From the NCBI GenBank assembly GCA_031549365.1, contig JAVBPX010000001.1:130417-194416 (forward strand): a stretch of DNA of 64,000 nucleotides, given 5' to 3'. Under the pieces are notes generated by a model, which had not been told where the DNA came from, did not search any database, and worked only from the letters and a program-made list of their open reading frames with translations. This DNA is from Alphaproteobacteria bacterium. Lineage in GTDB: Bacteria; Pseudomonadota; Alphaproteobacteria; Rs-D84. Shown piece by piece: positions 54,191 through 64,000 of this stretch. The first letter of the stretch is position 1; every line of letters begins with the position of its first letter. Both the position numbers and the translations under genes were made by a program.

Positions 54191-56533
54191 ATGAAATATT
54201 ATGTTTTACCACTCCGCGATGTTGTGATTCAGCCTGGAATTACGATCCCATTGTTTATTGAACGCCCAACATCCATTAAAACCCTGGAATCCGCGATGGC
54301 TGACGGCGGACGTATTTTGCTGGTAACACAAAAAGATGCCGCCACTCAACGCCCCCGAGATGTTGATTTATATGGGACCGGCACCATTGCAAATATTATG
54401 CAATTGATGAAATTACCAGACCAAACTATTAAAATTTTAGTAGAAGCAATTCAGCCTATCGAATTATTGTCCGTAGACCCGGTTGATGGCATTTTAGTTG
54501 GAACTGGGAATCCAATACAATTAATTGATGATACTGGCGACAAAACAAACGGGTTGCGCGACCGCATTATGGATGCATTAAAAATGTATGCAAAAATGCG
54601 TCGTTTTGGTGGGGACCGTTTGCGCACATTGGCAAATATGTCCAATTTATCATTATTTATTGATGCCGTAATTTCCGTATTGGGCTTATCAACTGATGCT
54701 GCAATGGAAATTTTGTCATTGCAATCATTTGAACAAAAATTGGAATTATTGCTGATTAAAATAAACACTGAAATCGAATTGGCCCAATTGGATGAAAACA
54801 TTAAAAATCGGGTCAAAGATCAAATTGAAAAAAATCAGCGAGATTTTTATTTGTCCGAAAAAATGAAGGCCATTCAAAAAGAAATGGGCGGCGATGAAGA
54901 ATCCGATTTTTCAGATTTGGCTGATAAAATCGAAAAGGCAAATATGCCAAAATCCGTTCGGGACAAAGCAATGGCCGAATTAAAGAGATTGCGCCACATG
55001 CCAATGTTAAGTGCCGAGAGTTCAGTAATTCGAAATTATTTGGAAGAATTAATTTTAATCCCATGGAATAAATCCAGCGACGCTGAATTTGACATTGATA
55101 ATGCCGAACAAATTTTAAATGCTGATCATGACGGTCTGGAAAAAATCAAAGACCGCATTTTAGAGCATTTAATGGTTTTGAAAAAAACAGGCAAGAGCCA
55201 CGGCAGCATTTTATGCTTCGTTGGGCCTCCTGGGGTTGGAAAAACATCATTGGGTCAATCAATTGCCCGCGCAATGGGACGTGTGTACACTCGAATTTCA
55301 TTGGGCGGAATCACGGACGAGGCCCATTTCCGAGGCCACCGCAAAACATACATCGGATCCCAACCGGGTCGTATAATGGATGCAATTAAACGCGCCACCG
55401 TTAACAACCCATTAATTATGTTGGATGAAATCGACAAAATGGGACGCGATCATCGTGGGGATCCTGCATCTGCATTATTGGAAGTATTGGATCCAGAACA
55501 AAACAAATCATTCCGCGACCATTATTTAGAAGTTGATTTTGATTTATCAAATGTAATGTTCATTGCAACTGCAAATTCTTTGGATATACATCCTGCGTTG
55601 GCAGATCGTATGGAAATTATTGAATTGTCCGGTTATATCGAAGATGAAAAAATCAAAATCGCAAAAAATCATTTGATTCCTCGCGCTCTGGAACAAACCG
55701 GGTTAAAAGCTGATGATGTTAAATTCGATGACGATGCATTACGCCATATGATTCGTTATTACACATCCGAAGCCGGGGTTCGCGAATTACAACGCCAAAT
55801 TTTAACAATGTTGCGCAAATCATTACGCAATCACGTTGATGGCATTATTAATTTTGATATTGATACGGTTGAAAAGTTATTGGGTGTTCGCAAATACAAA
55901 TTCGGCATAGCCGAAGAACATGACACAATCGGCGTTGCGAATGGGTTGTCTTGGTCCGTTGTTGGCGGAGATTTATTACAAATCGAAGCAATTACCATGC
56001 CTGGCAAGGGAAACATTCAATTAACCGGCCAATTGGGTGATGTTATGAAGGAATCTGTTCAGATTGCAAAATCATATATCCGCGCAGGATCCACCACATT
56101 GGGAATTCATCCGGATGTATTTGAAAAAACAGATATTCACGTTCATGCGTTAGAGGGTGCAGTCCGCAAAGACGGACCATCCGCAGGCATCACATTAACA
56201 ACCGCGTTGGTGTCCAGTTTGACTGGAATTCCAATTCGTCGTGATGTTGCGATGACAGGGGAAATTTCATTGCACGGTCGCGTATTACCAATCGGTGGAT
56301 TGCGCGAAAAATTATTGGGTGCACGTCGTGCCGGCATGAACATGGTATTGATTCCGTCTGAAAATAAAAAAGATATTGCGGATATACCGGAATATATTTA
56401 TTCGGGAATGGAATTGGTATTTGTTGATCATGTTGATGATGTTTTAAAAAACGCATTGGTCCGCATGCCAGAACCAATTAATTCGTTTGTAAATACATCA
56501 AATGATGTTGCGGATAAAATATCTGCGAATTAA
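54191..56533 (+). CDS. lon: ATP-dependent protease Lon
   Basis: LON N-domain. AAA+ Walker A 'GPPGVGKTS'. Protease domain 'DGPSAGIT' with the catalytic Ser and downstream Lys. Start at ATG 54191 with GAGG RBS. The ORF track extends upstream to 54122. Confidence 0.9.
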   Translation: MKYYVLPLRDVVIQPGITIPLFIERPTSIKTLESAMADGGRILLVTQKDAATQRPRDVDLYGTGTIANIMQLMKLPDQTIKILVEAIQPIELLSVDPVDGILVGTGNPIQLIDDTGDKTNGLRDRIMDALKMYAKMRRFGGDRLRTLANMSNLSLFIDAVISVLGLSTDAAMEILSLQSFEQKLELLLIKINTEIELAQLDENIKNRVKDQIEKNQRDFYLSEKMKAIQKEMGGDEESDFSDLADKIEKANMPKSVRDKAMAELKRLRHMPMLSAESSVIRNYLEELILIPWNKSSDAEFDIDNAEQILNADHDGLEKIKDRILEHLMVLKKTGKSHGSILCFVGPPGVGKTSLGQSIARAMGRVYTRISLGGITDEAHFRGHRKTYIGSQPGRIMDAIKRATVNNPLIMLDEIDKMGRDHRGDPASALLEVLDPEQNKSFRDHYLEVDFDLSNVMFIATANSLDIHPALADRMEIIELSGYIEDEKIKIAKNHLIPRALEQTGLKADDVKFDDDALRHMIRYYTSEAGVRELQRQILTMLRKSLRNHVDGIINFDIDTVEKLLGVRKYKFGIAEEHDTIGVANGLSWSVVGGDLLQIEAITMPGKGNIQLTGQLGDVMKESVQIAKSYIRAGSTTLGIHPDVFEKTDIHVHALEGAVRKDGPSAGITLTTALVSSLTGIPIRRDVAMTGEISLHGRVLPIGGLREKLLGARRAGMNMVLIPSENKKDIADIPEYIYSGMELVFVDHVDDVLKNALVRMPEPINSFVNTSNDVADKISAN

Positions 56534-56583
56534 TATTTAATTAACATTTGTTTTTAATACGGGTTTCTTGTATAATTGATTAC

Positions 56584-57081
56584 ATGAAACCCGAACTTAA
56601 ACCACTTATCTTTGCATTGGTCGCCATGATTGTCGTGGTGGTTTTTAATTTGCAAATTGATAGTATAAAACCAGTTCATCCTTTGGCCGAAAATTTGGCG
56701 GCCCAGGCATTATACGTATGTCCCGTGGCCAGCAATTTTTTCGACGGATTTGCCGCCGGCATTGCACCGATGGTCAAATATTTACCAATGTTTTTATTGT
56801 TCATGGTTTTATTTATTATGTTATTGGCTGGATACGCTTTCTATCAAAATTTGGTCAAGGACAAGTTTGTCCAAAAGGATTTTGATAACGTAAAAAGCAT
56901 GACTTATATTGTAATTTTCCTTGGAATTCTGGGACTTTTGCTGGTTAAAACACCAAATCATTACAGAACCGTTTATGTGGACGGCTTGACAACAAAATTT
57001 GTTTTGTGCGAGGAAAATGACCCAAAATCCCGCCCCGTTTATTCCAATAAAATAATTCAAAATATCCCCAGAAATCCTTGA
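56584..57081 (+). CDS. Hypothetical membrane protein
   Basis: Three to four predicted TM segments. No recognisable motifs. Start placed at the first ATG ('MKPELKPLIF'). Confidence 0.4.
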   Translation: MKPELKPLIFALVAMIVVVVFNLQIDSIKPVHPLAENLAAQALYVCPVASNFFDGFAAGIAPMVKYLPMFLLFMVLFIMLLAGYAFYQNLVKDKFVQKDFDNVKSMTYIVIFLGILGLLLVKTPNHYRTVYVDGLTTKFVLCEENDPKSRPVYSNKIIQNIPRNP

Positions 57082-57163
57082 CTTAATATGACCGATTCGC
57101 TATTATTAAGTCATACCAAGCATTGTGGTTGGTACTCTTTAAACTCTAACAAGGAGACTAAAA

Positions 57164-57436
57164 ATGAATAAAGCAGAATTGATTGAAGCTATTGCTAATA
57201 GCGCTGATATGACAAAAGCATCCGTTGCAAACGTATTGGATTCTTTCGTTGAACAAGTAACAAAAACTCTGAAAAAGAAAGGCGAAGTTCGCTTGGTTGG
57301 TTTCGGAACATTTACAACTTCGAAACGCAAAGCAACAACTGGCCGTAACCCACGCACAGGCGCTGCAATTAAAATTCCAGCTTCTGTTCAGCCAAAATTC
57401 AAAGCTGGTAAAGCTTTGAAAGATGCTTTGAACTAA
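57164..57436 (+). CDS. hupB: DNA-binding protein HU
   Basis: 90 aa. 'MNKAELIEAIA' start and the 'GFGTFTTSKRKATTGRNPRTGAAIKIPAS' HU arm. Confidence 0.85.
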   Translation: MNKAELIEAIANSADMTKASVANVLDSFVEQVTKTLKKKGEVRLVGFGTFTTSKRKATTGRNPRTGAAIKIPASVQPKFKAGKALKDALN

Positions 57437-57463
57437 TAGTTTTTGCAACTTATAAAATAAAAG

Positions 57464-57485
57464 CCCGCCAATTGGTGGGTTTTTA
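57464..57485 (+). terminator. Rho-independent terminator after the HU gene
   Basis: 'cccgcc aatt ggtggg' hairpin (one G:U pair) followed by T5. Confidence 0.6.
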
Positions 57486-57672
57486 TTTGCTCAATCTCTG
57501 GGGCATGTCATTTCTGTATATGTTGGAATTCCGGCTAATAATCTCTTGCCTCACGACATCATCATTGTTAATTGCAGGAAAACATTCTGTTTGCTCCGAA
57601 ATTAACAAACAAAGTAACAATCATATATCGGAAAATATTTAGAGAGTGCACACAATCATTACGATTAAAAAA

Positions 57673-57719
57673 CATCCGGGAAAATGTTAAATTTTCGCCG
57701 GATGCAACATCAATTAAAT
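57673..57719. repeat. Palindromic repeat element acting as an intrinsic terminator for the DUF2147 gene on the minus strand
   Basis: 'catccgggaaaatgttaaattttcgccggatgcaacatcaattaaat' is near-identical in its arms and 3' flank to 11067-11112. On the minus strand it is followed by G then T6. Confidence 0.5.
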
Positions 57720-57735
57720 TAAATAAATTTTTTAT

Positions 57736-58251
57736 TTACTTTTCTTCGGGGATCGCAGGAACAAAAGTCTTGTAATCAACGTTTTTGATTTCGGATGGCA
57801 ATGATTTTTTATCCAATTCATGCCAAACCTGGGTGCGACCGAATGGTCCGATTTTTCCACGAACATTTAATGTATCGTTTTCGCCTTCCCATAATTCGCA
57901 TTTATAAATTGATCCTTTTTTTGGATCCATAATGCGGCCACCGGAATAACGATCATCGTCATCTTTCTCTACCATATCCCAAATGATATCCAAACCAACC
58001 ATGAATGGTTCGCCCTTGACCTTGTCCGCGCGATGTGTTGGTTTTTTAATTGTATCTTTGATTGTGCCGTCGGTATTATAAGTTAACAAAATACGACCAT
58101 ACACTTTGTTTTGATATTCATATACCGCAACGATTGATTTTGGGGAATTTGTTTCGTCATCGATTGTTTGATAAAATCCGTCGATGGCAAACGCTGGCAT
58201 TGCCAAAACAGTCGCCAATGCAATCCCGCCAATTAATGATTTATATGTCAT
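57736..58251 (-). CDS. DUF2147-like periplasmic protein
   Basis: 171 aa. Signal peptide 'LIGGIALATVLAMPAFA'. 'GFYQTIDDETNSPKSIVAVYEY...GRIL' pattern resembles DUF2147. Confidence 0.55.
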   Translation of the reverse strand: MTYKSLIGGIALATVLAMPAFAIDGFYQTIDDETNSPKSIVAVYEYQNKVYGRILLTYNTDGTIKDTIKKPTHRADKVKGEPFMVGLDIIWDMVEKDDDDRYSGGRIMDPKKGSIYKCELWEGENDTLNVRGKIGPFGRTQVWHELDKKSLPSEIKNVDYKTFVPAIPEEK

Positions 58252-58319
58252 TATATACTCCTTTTGTGTTATAATTGACGGGTTCAGTTTACAAAATTAA
58301 AACCATGGAATCAATATAA

Positions 58320-59369
58320 ATGCAGAAAATAATCCTGTTTCAAAAAACGCTATCCGAAATCGAATCATTGGCGGCCCCATTGGGCGGACCAAAGTTTCGC
58401 GCCAAACAATTATACGAATGGGTTTCCCGTGGGGCGCCATCGTTTGACGATATGACCAATTTGTCTGCTGAATTTCGAAAAAAATTGGCGGAATTGTTTC
58501 AGCCAATGCCTTGCGTTATTGAACGAGAATTAACATCAAACGACAAAAAGACAACCAAATTTTTATTACGCTTTTCTGATAACGTTTTAATTGAAACAGT
58601 TTTAATGCATACAAATTACGGGGCTTCTGTTTGCGTATCATCACAGGCGGGCTGTGCCATGGGATGCAAATTTTGCGCATCAACATTATTGGGCGTTACA
58701 CGCGATTTGACCGATATTGAAATGTTGGCACAAACATATATTGCTTCGTTTGTTGCGTCACGTAATGATACGCGTTTATCACACATGGTTGTTATGGGTT
58801 CGGGCGAACCATTAATGAATACAAAAAATGTGATTTCATTTTTGGAAATGGCGCATGATCCGGACGGATTAAATATCGGATACCGGCATATGACTGTGTC
58901 GACATGTGGCATCGTGTCGGGCATGAATGAATTGATTGCATGGGGAAATCCGATTAATTTGGCAATTTCTCTGCATGCTCCGACCGATGAATTGCGTTCA
59001 AAAATAATGCCAATTAATCAAAAATATCATTTGAACGAAATTTTGGCGACGGCCGACAAATGGGTCAACAAAACCAACCGATTGGTAACATACGAATATA
59101 TTTTATTGGGCGGCGTCAACGACAGCGCGGACGATGCAATTAAATTATCAAAATTATTACACGGGAAATTGGCCATGGTAAATATTATCCCATGGAACCC
59201 AGTTGATGAACGCGACTTTAAATCTGTTGCAAGAAACACAATTCATGAATTTGTAAATATTTTGGAACAAAATAATATAAACGTAACTGTTCGTCGTGAA
59301 CGCGGATCGGATATTGATTCTGCGTGTGGGCAATTACGTCATCAAACCATCAAAAAATCCGGGAATTAA
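58320..59369 (+). CDS. rlmN: 23S rRNA (adenine2503-C2)-methyltransferase, dual-specificity radical SAM enzyme RlmN
   Basis: 349 aa. Radical SAM motif 'CAMGCKFCAST'. Conserved 'MGSGEPL' and 'ISLHAPTDELR' blocks. Confidence 0.9.
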   Translation: MQKIILFQKTLSEIESLAAPLGGPKFRAKQLYEWVSRGAPSFDDMTNLSAEFRKKLAELFQPMPCVIERELTSNDKKTTKFLLRFSDNVLIETVLMHTNYGASVCVSSQAGCAMGCKFCASTLLGVTRDLTDIEMLAQTYIASFVASRNDTRLSHMVVMGSGEPLMNTKNVISFLEMAHDPDGLNIGYRHMTVSTCGIVSGMNELIAWGNPINLAISLHAPTDELRSKIMPINQKYHLNEILATADKWVNKTNRLVTYEYILLGGVNDSADDAIKLSKLLHGKLAMVNIIPWNPVDERDFKSVARNTIHEFVNILEQNNINVTVRRERGSDIDSACGQLRHQTIKKSGN

Positions 59370-59372
59370 ATC

Positions 59373-59600
59373 ATGAATGCATTTATTCAAATAATGATTT
59401 TCGCATGTGGCGCTGGTTCAATTTATTTGTTAAATCGCCACGATAAATATTCAAAATATGGCGCAATCATCGGAATGATCGGGCAACCATTTTGGTACAT
59501 ATCCACATGGGAAACCGCGTCATGGGGCATATTTTTTGCAAATTTTATATATACATATTCATATGCGATTGGAATTTATAATTTTTGGTTAAAAAAATAA
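59373..59600 (+). CDS. Small hypothetical membrane protein
   Basis: 75 aa with two hydrophobic segments. No motifs. Confidence 0.3.
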   Translation: MNAFIQIMIFACGAGSIYLLNRHDKYSKYGAIIGMIGQPFWYISTWETASWGIFFANFIYTYSYAIGIYNFWLKK

Positions 59601-59670
59601 AATCCTACTTGCAAAATTATTTTTTGATTATAGACTGTCGGATTATAATCCCAAAACCCAGGGGCGGCAA

Positions 59671-60291
59671 ATGAGTTTTATAAAACAACAATTAAAACGC
59701 TTGGATTTTAAATTTTATCCAACCAGCATTATTTGTGCCGTAATGTTCCCAATCGCTTTGTTATGCGGAATTTATATGCCGGAACGTTATGCTTATGAAA
59801 ATTCCGCCGTTGAAATTATACAGATAATAATTTTGATTACTTGTGTTATTTTTCCACTAACTATCAAGCATCATAAATATTTATTCCGCTTTGTATCTTT
59901 GGTCGCATTTATATTGTTGTTACGAGAAATCAGCATGGGCCGAGTATTTTTCCCAATTTCTGGAAAACTGGACACATACAAAAAGTGGTCTGAAATTGGG
60001 GTTAATTCATTAATCCCAAATGCTATTTATGTTATAATAATTGCATATTCTGTAATATATTTTTTCCAAAAAAAACTGTGGAATCCTGTTTATGATTATG
60101 CAAAAAACGCGCGCATCGCAATTTGGGATTTTTCTTTTATGGTGATTTCGGTGGTTATTTCTGAAATTTCAGAAAACAAATATCATGCCTTTGTAACCGA
60201 AGAATGCTTTGAAACCATCCTGTACATCGCGGTATTGGGAATAATATATAAATACGGATTTCGTCCAGAATTTAAATTAAAATCAAAATAA
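59671..60291 (+). CDS. Hypothetical multi-pass membrane protein
   Basis: 206 aa with about 5 hydrophobic segments. No motifs. Confidence 0.4.
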   Translation: MSFIKQQLKRLDFKFYPTSIICAVMFPIALLCGIYMPERYAYENSAVEIIQIIILITCVIFPLTIKHHKYLFRFVSLVAFILLLREISMGRVFFPISGKLDTYKKWSEIGVNSLIPNAIYVIIIAYSVIYFFQKKLWNPVYDYAKNARIAIWDFSFMVISVVISEISENKYHAFVTEECFETILYIAVLGIIYKYGFRPEFKLKSK

Positions 60292-61509
60292 TTATTGGCG
60301 ATACCAACTGGACCCAAATACGATATACCAACCGAATTCTCCGTCGGAACCAACCGCAACGTCAACACCTGCGCGCAAATTTAATAAACGCGACAACAAG
60401 TAACGCCCGCCAACACCATAACTGTATGCCCAAGGTGTTTTTGAAAATTCATCAAATTCATCGAAACCTTTGCCCACGCCTCCGAATGCAACCAAGCTCC
60501 ACCGTTTGGTTTCACCGAAATCAAAACGCTCTTCCAATTCAATCAATCCTGTATAATTACCCTGATAACGCAATGCTGCAATACCGCGCATATCAATATA
60601 CGGCTTCATATAAAACGGAGCATTTCCATACAACTGTTGAAAATCAATTCGCAATCCATTGATCCAACGATCCGTTAATGGGATATACCAATATAACGCC
60701 TCTTCCATTTGTTGGAAATTTTGATCGCTGCCAATTAAATCAGAACTGAATTTGGCATTAACATACGCCTTGATTCCATCATTCGGGGTAAAGGTATTAT
60801 CACGTGTATCGTATTCAGCAATGATTCCAATTTTTGACTGAACTGAGTCAAAATCACGAATCCAATCGTCTGGAATGTTTGGATTGTCAATCCTGGGCTT
60901 TACATCAACATCAGAAAACATATAATCCAGCGCGATTGTAAATCTTGGATCGGATAATCGTTTTCCGATGTATAAATACGCCGGGATAACACGCATATTC
61001 ATACCGAATTTCGCGGTTTTATCAATATTTGGAAAATATTTATAAAAATCCAAATTGGCATCGGCATAACCCGCCCCCACCTTGTATTTAATTCCCCAAT
61101 CATTGATTTCGCCAATACGCCCACCACCAATTGCCCAGGTGTCATTGGCCGTATATGCCGCCATAATTGCAGTCATTGTTGGTTGCGTTGGATATGTTTT
61201 TCCATCACGAACCACTGGGGGATTTCTTTGAATAAATACTGGAACAAAACCCAAACCGAAACTGCCCACTGCGGGTTCGGTTATAATAATTGGCACAGGA
61301 ATAAATCCATGCGCATTTAAAACAAATTCAGACAAATCCAAATAACCATCGGTTGGATCGAAAAAAGACAAACTTTTTTCGACCGGCTTTGCTTCCGATT
61401 TTTCGGATGATTGTAATGTTGATTTTTTTACATCGGGTCCCGATACTTCCGCGGCAAATAATTGCGTGGTTAAAAAAATTGATAAAATTGCAAATGCAAA
61501 TTTTTTCAT
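60292..61509 (-). CDS. Putative outer-membrane beta-barrel protein
   Basis: 405 aa. Signal peptide 'MKKFAFAILSIFLTTQLFA'. Alternating aromatic/Gly-rich beta-strand-like pattern throughout, C-terminal 'WYIVFGSSWYRQ'. Confidence 0.45.
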   Translation of the reverse strand: MKKFAFAILSIFLTTQLFAAEVSGPDVKKSTLQSSEKSEAKPVEKSLSFFDPTDGYLDLSEFVLNAHGFIPVPIIITEPAVGSFGLGFVPVFIQRNPPVVRDGKTYPTQPTMTAIMAAYTANDTWAIGGGRIGEINDWGIKYKVGAGYADANLDFYKYFPNIDKTAKFGMNMRVIPAYLYIGKRLSDPRFTIALDYMFSDVDVKPRIDNPNIPDDWIRDFDSVQSKIGIIAEYDTRDNTFTPNDGIKAYVNAKFSSDLIGSDQNFQQMEEALYWYIPLTDRWINGLRIDFQQLYGNAPFYMKPYIDMRGIAALRYQGNYTGLIELEERFDFGETKRWSLVAFGGVGKGFDEFDEFSKTPWAYSYGVGGRYLLSRLLNLRAGVDVAVGSDGEFGWYIVFGSSWYRQ

Positions 61510-61562
61510 GCTAAAATTATATCATAAATATTCAAAAAGGCCACAGGCTTTTATTCCGCACT

Positions 61563-62309
61563 CTATTTTTCACCATTTGCCAGTTTACGCAATTTGTCTT
61601 GGTCCGGGTATCCATTAAATATCAATCCATGATCCACAAATTGTCCCGTCGCATCGCGACCAATATGACGGATTGATGCATTATCTGGATTTGGCTCGTC
61701 TTCGAACCAATCAACAGGATGATGCAACCACATCATAACAAAAGCACGCAAGACCGTCCCATGCGCAATAATAAAAATATTTTTGATTGGATTGTTGTCG
61801 CGTTCTGCATCACGTGTAAATGACCCAAATGTTTGTTGCACGCGGGCACAGGTATCAAAACGGCTCTCTCCTCCTGCGGGACGGGCATAAAACTTTCCCT
61901 TGTGCTGAACACATAATTGAAATTGTTTGTATTCATTTGGATACTGTTCCATTTTTTCAACATCAGTCAATCCGCTGAACACACCAAAATTTTGTTCCGC
62001 CAATAAAATGTTTTCACGCTTACGTTCAAAACAATCGGCTAAATCCCCCATTCCTTCGATTAAACCGTGCATTGTTTGACGCGTACGTAAATATGGACTG
62101 AACCATAAACGCATTTGCCCGGTCAAAATTTCTGGATTGGATTTTAAAAAACGCGCGAATACTTCGCCCCCTTCGACCGCCTGGGCATGACCATGTGGGG
62201 CCAATGGTATCGCATGATCCGGCAAATCCAAATAAACCGTCCGATCCGCATTAGCCATAGAATTTGCATGCCGCATTAAAAATATGTTTTCCAACCTGTT
62301 TTTCGTCAT
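61563..62309 (-). CDS. Histidine phosphatase (phosphoglycerate mutase-like) family protein
   Basis: 'FLMRHANSMAN' RHG-type catalytic motif and a downstream 'HG' motif. Start at ATG 62309 with GGGGGA RBS. Confidence 0.7.
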   Translation of the reverse strand: MTKNRLENIFLMRHANSMANADRTVYLDLPDHAIPLAPHGHAQAVEGGEVFARFLKSNPEILTGQMRLWFSPYLRTRQTMHGLIEGMGDLADCFERKRENILLAEQNFGVFSGLTDVEKMEQYPNEYKQFQLCVQHKGKFYARPAGGESRFDTCARVQQTFGSFTRDAERDNNPIKNIFIIAHGTVLRAFVMMWLHHPVDWFEDEPNPDNASIRHIGRDATGQFVDHGLIFNGYPDQDKLRKLANGEK

Positions 62310-62424
62310 ATAATCCCCCAATTTTTCGGATGCATTATACCCGAAATCGAAATTTTAATCAAGCCATGCACTTTTTTATTGCAATTTGAAAATTTATCCG
62401 TAAAATGCGGTTTACGACATATAC

Positions 62425-62500
62425 GGGTGATTAGCTCAGTTGGTAGAGCATCTCGTTTACACCGAGAGGGTCGGGAGTTCGAGTCTCTCATCACCCACCA
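62425..62500 (+). tRNA. tRNA-Val (anticodon TAC)
   Basis: Acceptor GGGTGAT/ATCACCC. Anticodon stem TCTCG/CGAGA with loop 'ttTACac'. T-loop GGTTCGAGTC. CCA encoded. Confidence 0.9.
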
Positions 62501-62510
62501 TGAAACACTG

Positions 62511-62534
62511 ACCGCCCGTTTTGGGCGGTTTTTG
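62511..62534 (+). terminator. Rho-independent terminator after tRNA-Val
   Basis: 'accgccc gtttt gggcggt' 7-bp hairpin followed by T4-5. Confidence 0.65.
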
Positions 62535-62713
62535 CTTGGATTTGCATACTCTTGGGCTGGTTCGATAATGCGTTTTTTGAAAAGAGTTGTTTTTTACCCA
62601 TTATCGAACTTTTTGGACGATAAACCTTGGTTTCTATGCTCTGCATTTATTTTGAAACTAGTTAAAGTGTGATTTGTTCTGTTGAACATCTATGCATAAA
62701 GGCATGCAAGTTT

Positions 62714-63577
62714 TTATTTAGTATTAGGTTTTATGGATTTTAATTTATTAAGCAAAATATATGAAAGAATTTTATTCTTTACATCATACCAAGGTTTGTC
62801 CGAATCTTTGATTGCAGATTCATCTTGCTGGCAATAATAAGCTTCTTTAAAAACTAATTCAAAGCCATCATTTTTCTTTATAAAAAATTCATTTTCTTCA
62901 CGACCCCATTCTGAAACAGTTTTGAACTTGAAGACATTATCGATAGCGTATGTTTCAATAATAGCATCGCCGAACCCCCGCTTATCCGAGACTACAGAGC
63001 TTTTATCATTTATTGCGTCAAACAGTTTTAAAATGGATTTTTCATCGTATCCAGTAGAACAGGTTATATGACTGCTGATTGGCTCTTTGTATCTATATGG
63101 GCAAGATTTGCAATATTTTTGATTTATGTGAAAATGAACCTTATCAAACAATTCATCAATGCGTTCATTGCGTTTTAAATCTTTCTGGGCTTTCTCTGTT
63201 ATGCGTTCCGTTTCGCAACGTTTATTCATCTGTTTTTCGATATTTGCATCCATTTCAGAAATAATGGTGTCAGATATATCTGGTTCCAATGCACGAAATA
63301 TCTTTTCGATATTATCTGCACGGAATCGGAACATCGGAAATTTTCTGTCCAATCTGACGTGTTCATATTCGCGTGGCGAACCATTAGAGGTATCGTTTTT
63401 AACAAGTAAATTGCTAATTATTTGGAAAGGCTTGCAATCTTTTTCGTAATTTATATTCTCGGAGCGAGAACACTTGCGGCCAGATGGCGAATTATATGTG
63501 CTTTCGCCATGATAACAATAAAAGTCGCACGGTACAATGTCCGGCGCAAAATCTAAAAATTCTTTTATGTAATACAT
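62714..63577 (-). CDS. Hypothetical Cys-rich protein in a foreign-looking region next to tRNA-Val
   Basis: About 287 aa. N-terminal Cys cluster 'CDFYCYHG...C'. Second pair 'CKSCPYRY' near the middle. AGA/ATA-rich codon usage. No recognisable family. Confidence 0.45.
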   Translation of the reverse strand: MYYIKEFLDFAPDIVPCDFYCYHGESTYNSPSGRKCSRSENINYEKDCKPFQIISNLLVKNDTSNGSPREYEHVRLDRKFPMFRFRADNIEKIFRALEPDISDTIISEMDANIEKQMNKRCETERITEKAQKDLKRNERIDELFDKVHFHINQKYCKSCPYRYKEPISSHITCSTGYDEKSILKLFDAINDKSSVVSDKRGFGDAIIETYAIDNVFKFKTVSEWGREENEFFIKKNDGFELVFKEAYYCQQDESAIKDSDKPWYDVKNKILSYILLNKLKSIKPNTK

Positions 63578-63686
63578 GGTTAATATATAACACAAATATA
63601 CAAAATGTCAACCTATTCTGTACTCTTTAAATTTTCTAATTTGTCTCACCAAATTCAAAAAATCACCCGGGAAATTAGTTCGATAA

Positions 63687-63938
63687 TTGTGTAATATCCC
63701 CCACCAGTATTCTGATGTGTCAGATACATATACCTTAACGCCCGCAGACCGCGGGCTTTTTCAATGCATTGACTGTGGTATGGCGATATTTATCGCCGTT
63801 TACCCCCAATCTATATCCCTTTCTATACAATGCCCGTTTTGCCATAGTCAATCGGTAAAAAAAATAGACTTTTCAGAATTTAATGCTATTATCGCTAATA
63901 ACGACAGGGGTATAAAAAATGGATTTCAAAGAAGATAA
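63687..63938 (+). CDS. Possible small zinc-ribbon protein
   Basis: 83 aa with 'CIDCG...CPFC' (CxxC ... CxxC). Weak start context. Low confidence. Confidence 0.25.
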   Translation: MCNIPHQYSDVSDTYTLTPADRGLFQCIDCGMAIFIAVYPQSISLSIQCPFCHSQSVKKIDFSEFNAIIANNDRGIKNGFQRR

Positions 63939-64000
63939 TACACGTAATAAACTTTTATTGTTCGAATATTTTCTTATTAAATGGAATGAATTTGAAAATA

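Noticed and set aside
62379-62672. 97-aa ORF spanning tRNA-Val. Likewise 41969-42358 and 42070-42288 over tRNA-Gly, and 42232-42516 over tRNA-Tyr.
   Set aside because: They overlap confidently folded tRNA genes and their terminators, so they are not coding.
1-64000. Search for CRISPR arrays, rRNA, transposases or integrases, and group I/II introns.
   Set aside because: I saw no regularly spaced direct repeats, no rRNA-like conserved stretches, and no DDE or tyrosine-recombinase ORFs in any frame.

Overview
This 64-kb window looks like chromosomal DNA from a reduced-genome alphaproteobacterium, possibly a Rickettsiales- or Holosporales-like endosymbiont, and is AT-rich by eye (roughly mid-30s % GC). 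The lineage guess rests on a class I LysRS, an archaeal/eukaryal-type ProRS, a MucR/Ros regulator, and the secD-secF-yajC and miaB-ybeY-lnt neighbourhoods.

The window is densely packed with about 60 protein genes, mostly housekeeping:
- aminoacyl-tRNA synthetases: thrS, gltX, class I lysK, proS, trpS, plus an extra class II lysS;
- DNA repair and segregation: recF, recJ, mutL, rarA, tag, ftsK;
- protein export and envelope: secD, secF, yajC, tatA/B/C, lolA, lnt, lptF/G, ctpA, an NlpD-like M23 peptidase, PAP2;
- others: miaB, rlmN, trmB, kdsB, lon, hupB, greA, fpr.

There are four clean tRNA genes (Ser-CGA, Gly-TCC, Tyr-GTA, Val-TAC) and one aberrant tRNA-like element. I also see several intrinsic terminators and a small dispersed palindromic repeat family that doubles as terminators. 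I found no transposases, integrases, CRISPR arrays or rRNA.

The most interesting stretch is 17.4-25.5 kb, downstream of tRNA-Ser. It holds a TcmP-like protein paired with a phage Gp37/Gp68 three-Cys-motif protein. That pair sits behind a consensus sigma70 promoter and tandem terminators. Next comes a frameshifted DUF488 gene and the native class I LysRS. After that is a codon-usage-foreign cassette: a Pol-beta-type nucleotidyltransferase, a divergent aldehyde-dehydrogenase-superfamily protein that has lost its general-base Glu, a full-length class II LysRS, and a degenerate tRNA-like element with a 6-nt anticodon loop. Having both LysRS classes side by side with a dedicated odd tRNA-like element is my prime candidate for an undescribed system. 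It could be an orthogonal tRNA/synthetase pair, a resistance-type second aaRS, or a tRNA-dependent modification module.

Other points of note:
- an in-frame ybeY-lnt fusion ORF;
- a large Cys/Gln-rich secreted protein;
- a Bor/Iss-like lipoprotein;
- tandem YcgN paralogs;
- a G/T-skewed 0.6-kb intergenic region;
- a second foreign-looking gene island after tRNA-Val at the window end.

All calls are from reading the sequence and the ORF track only. No database searches were run.
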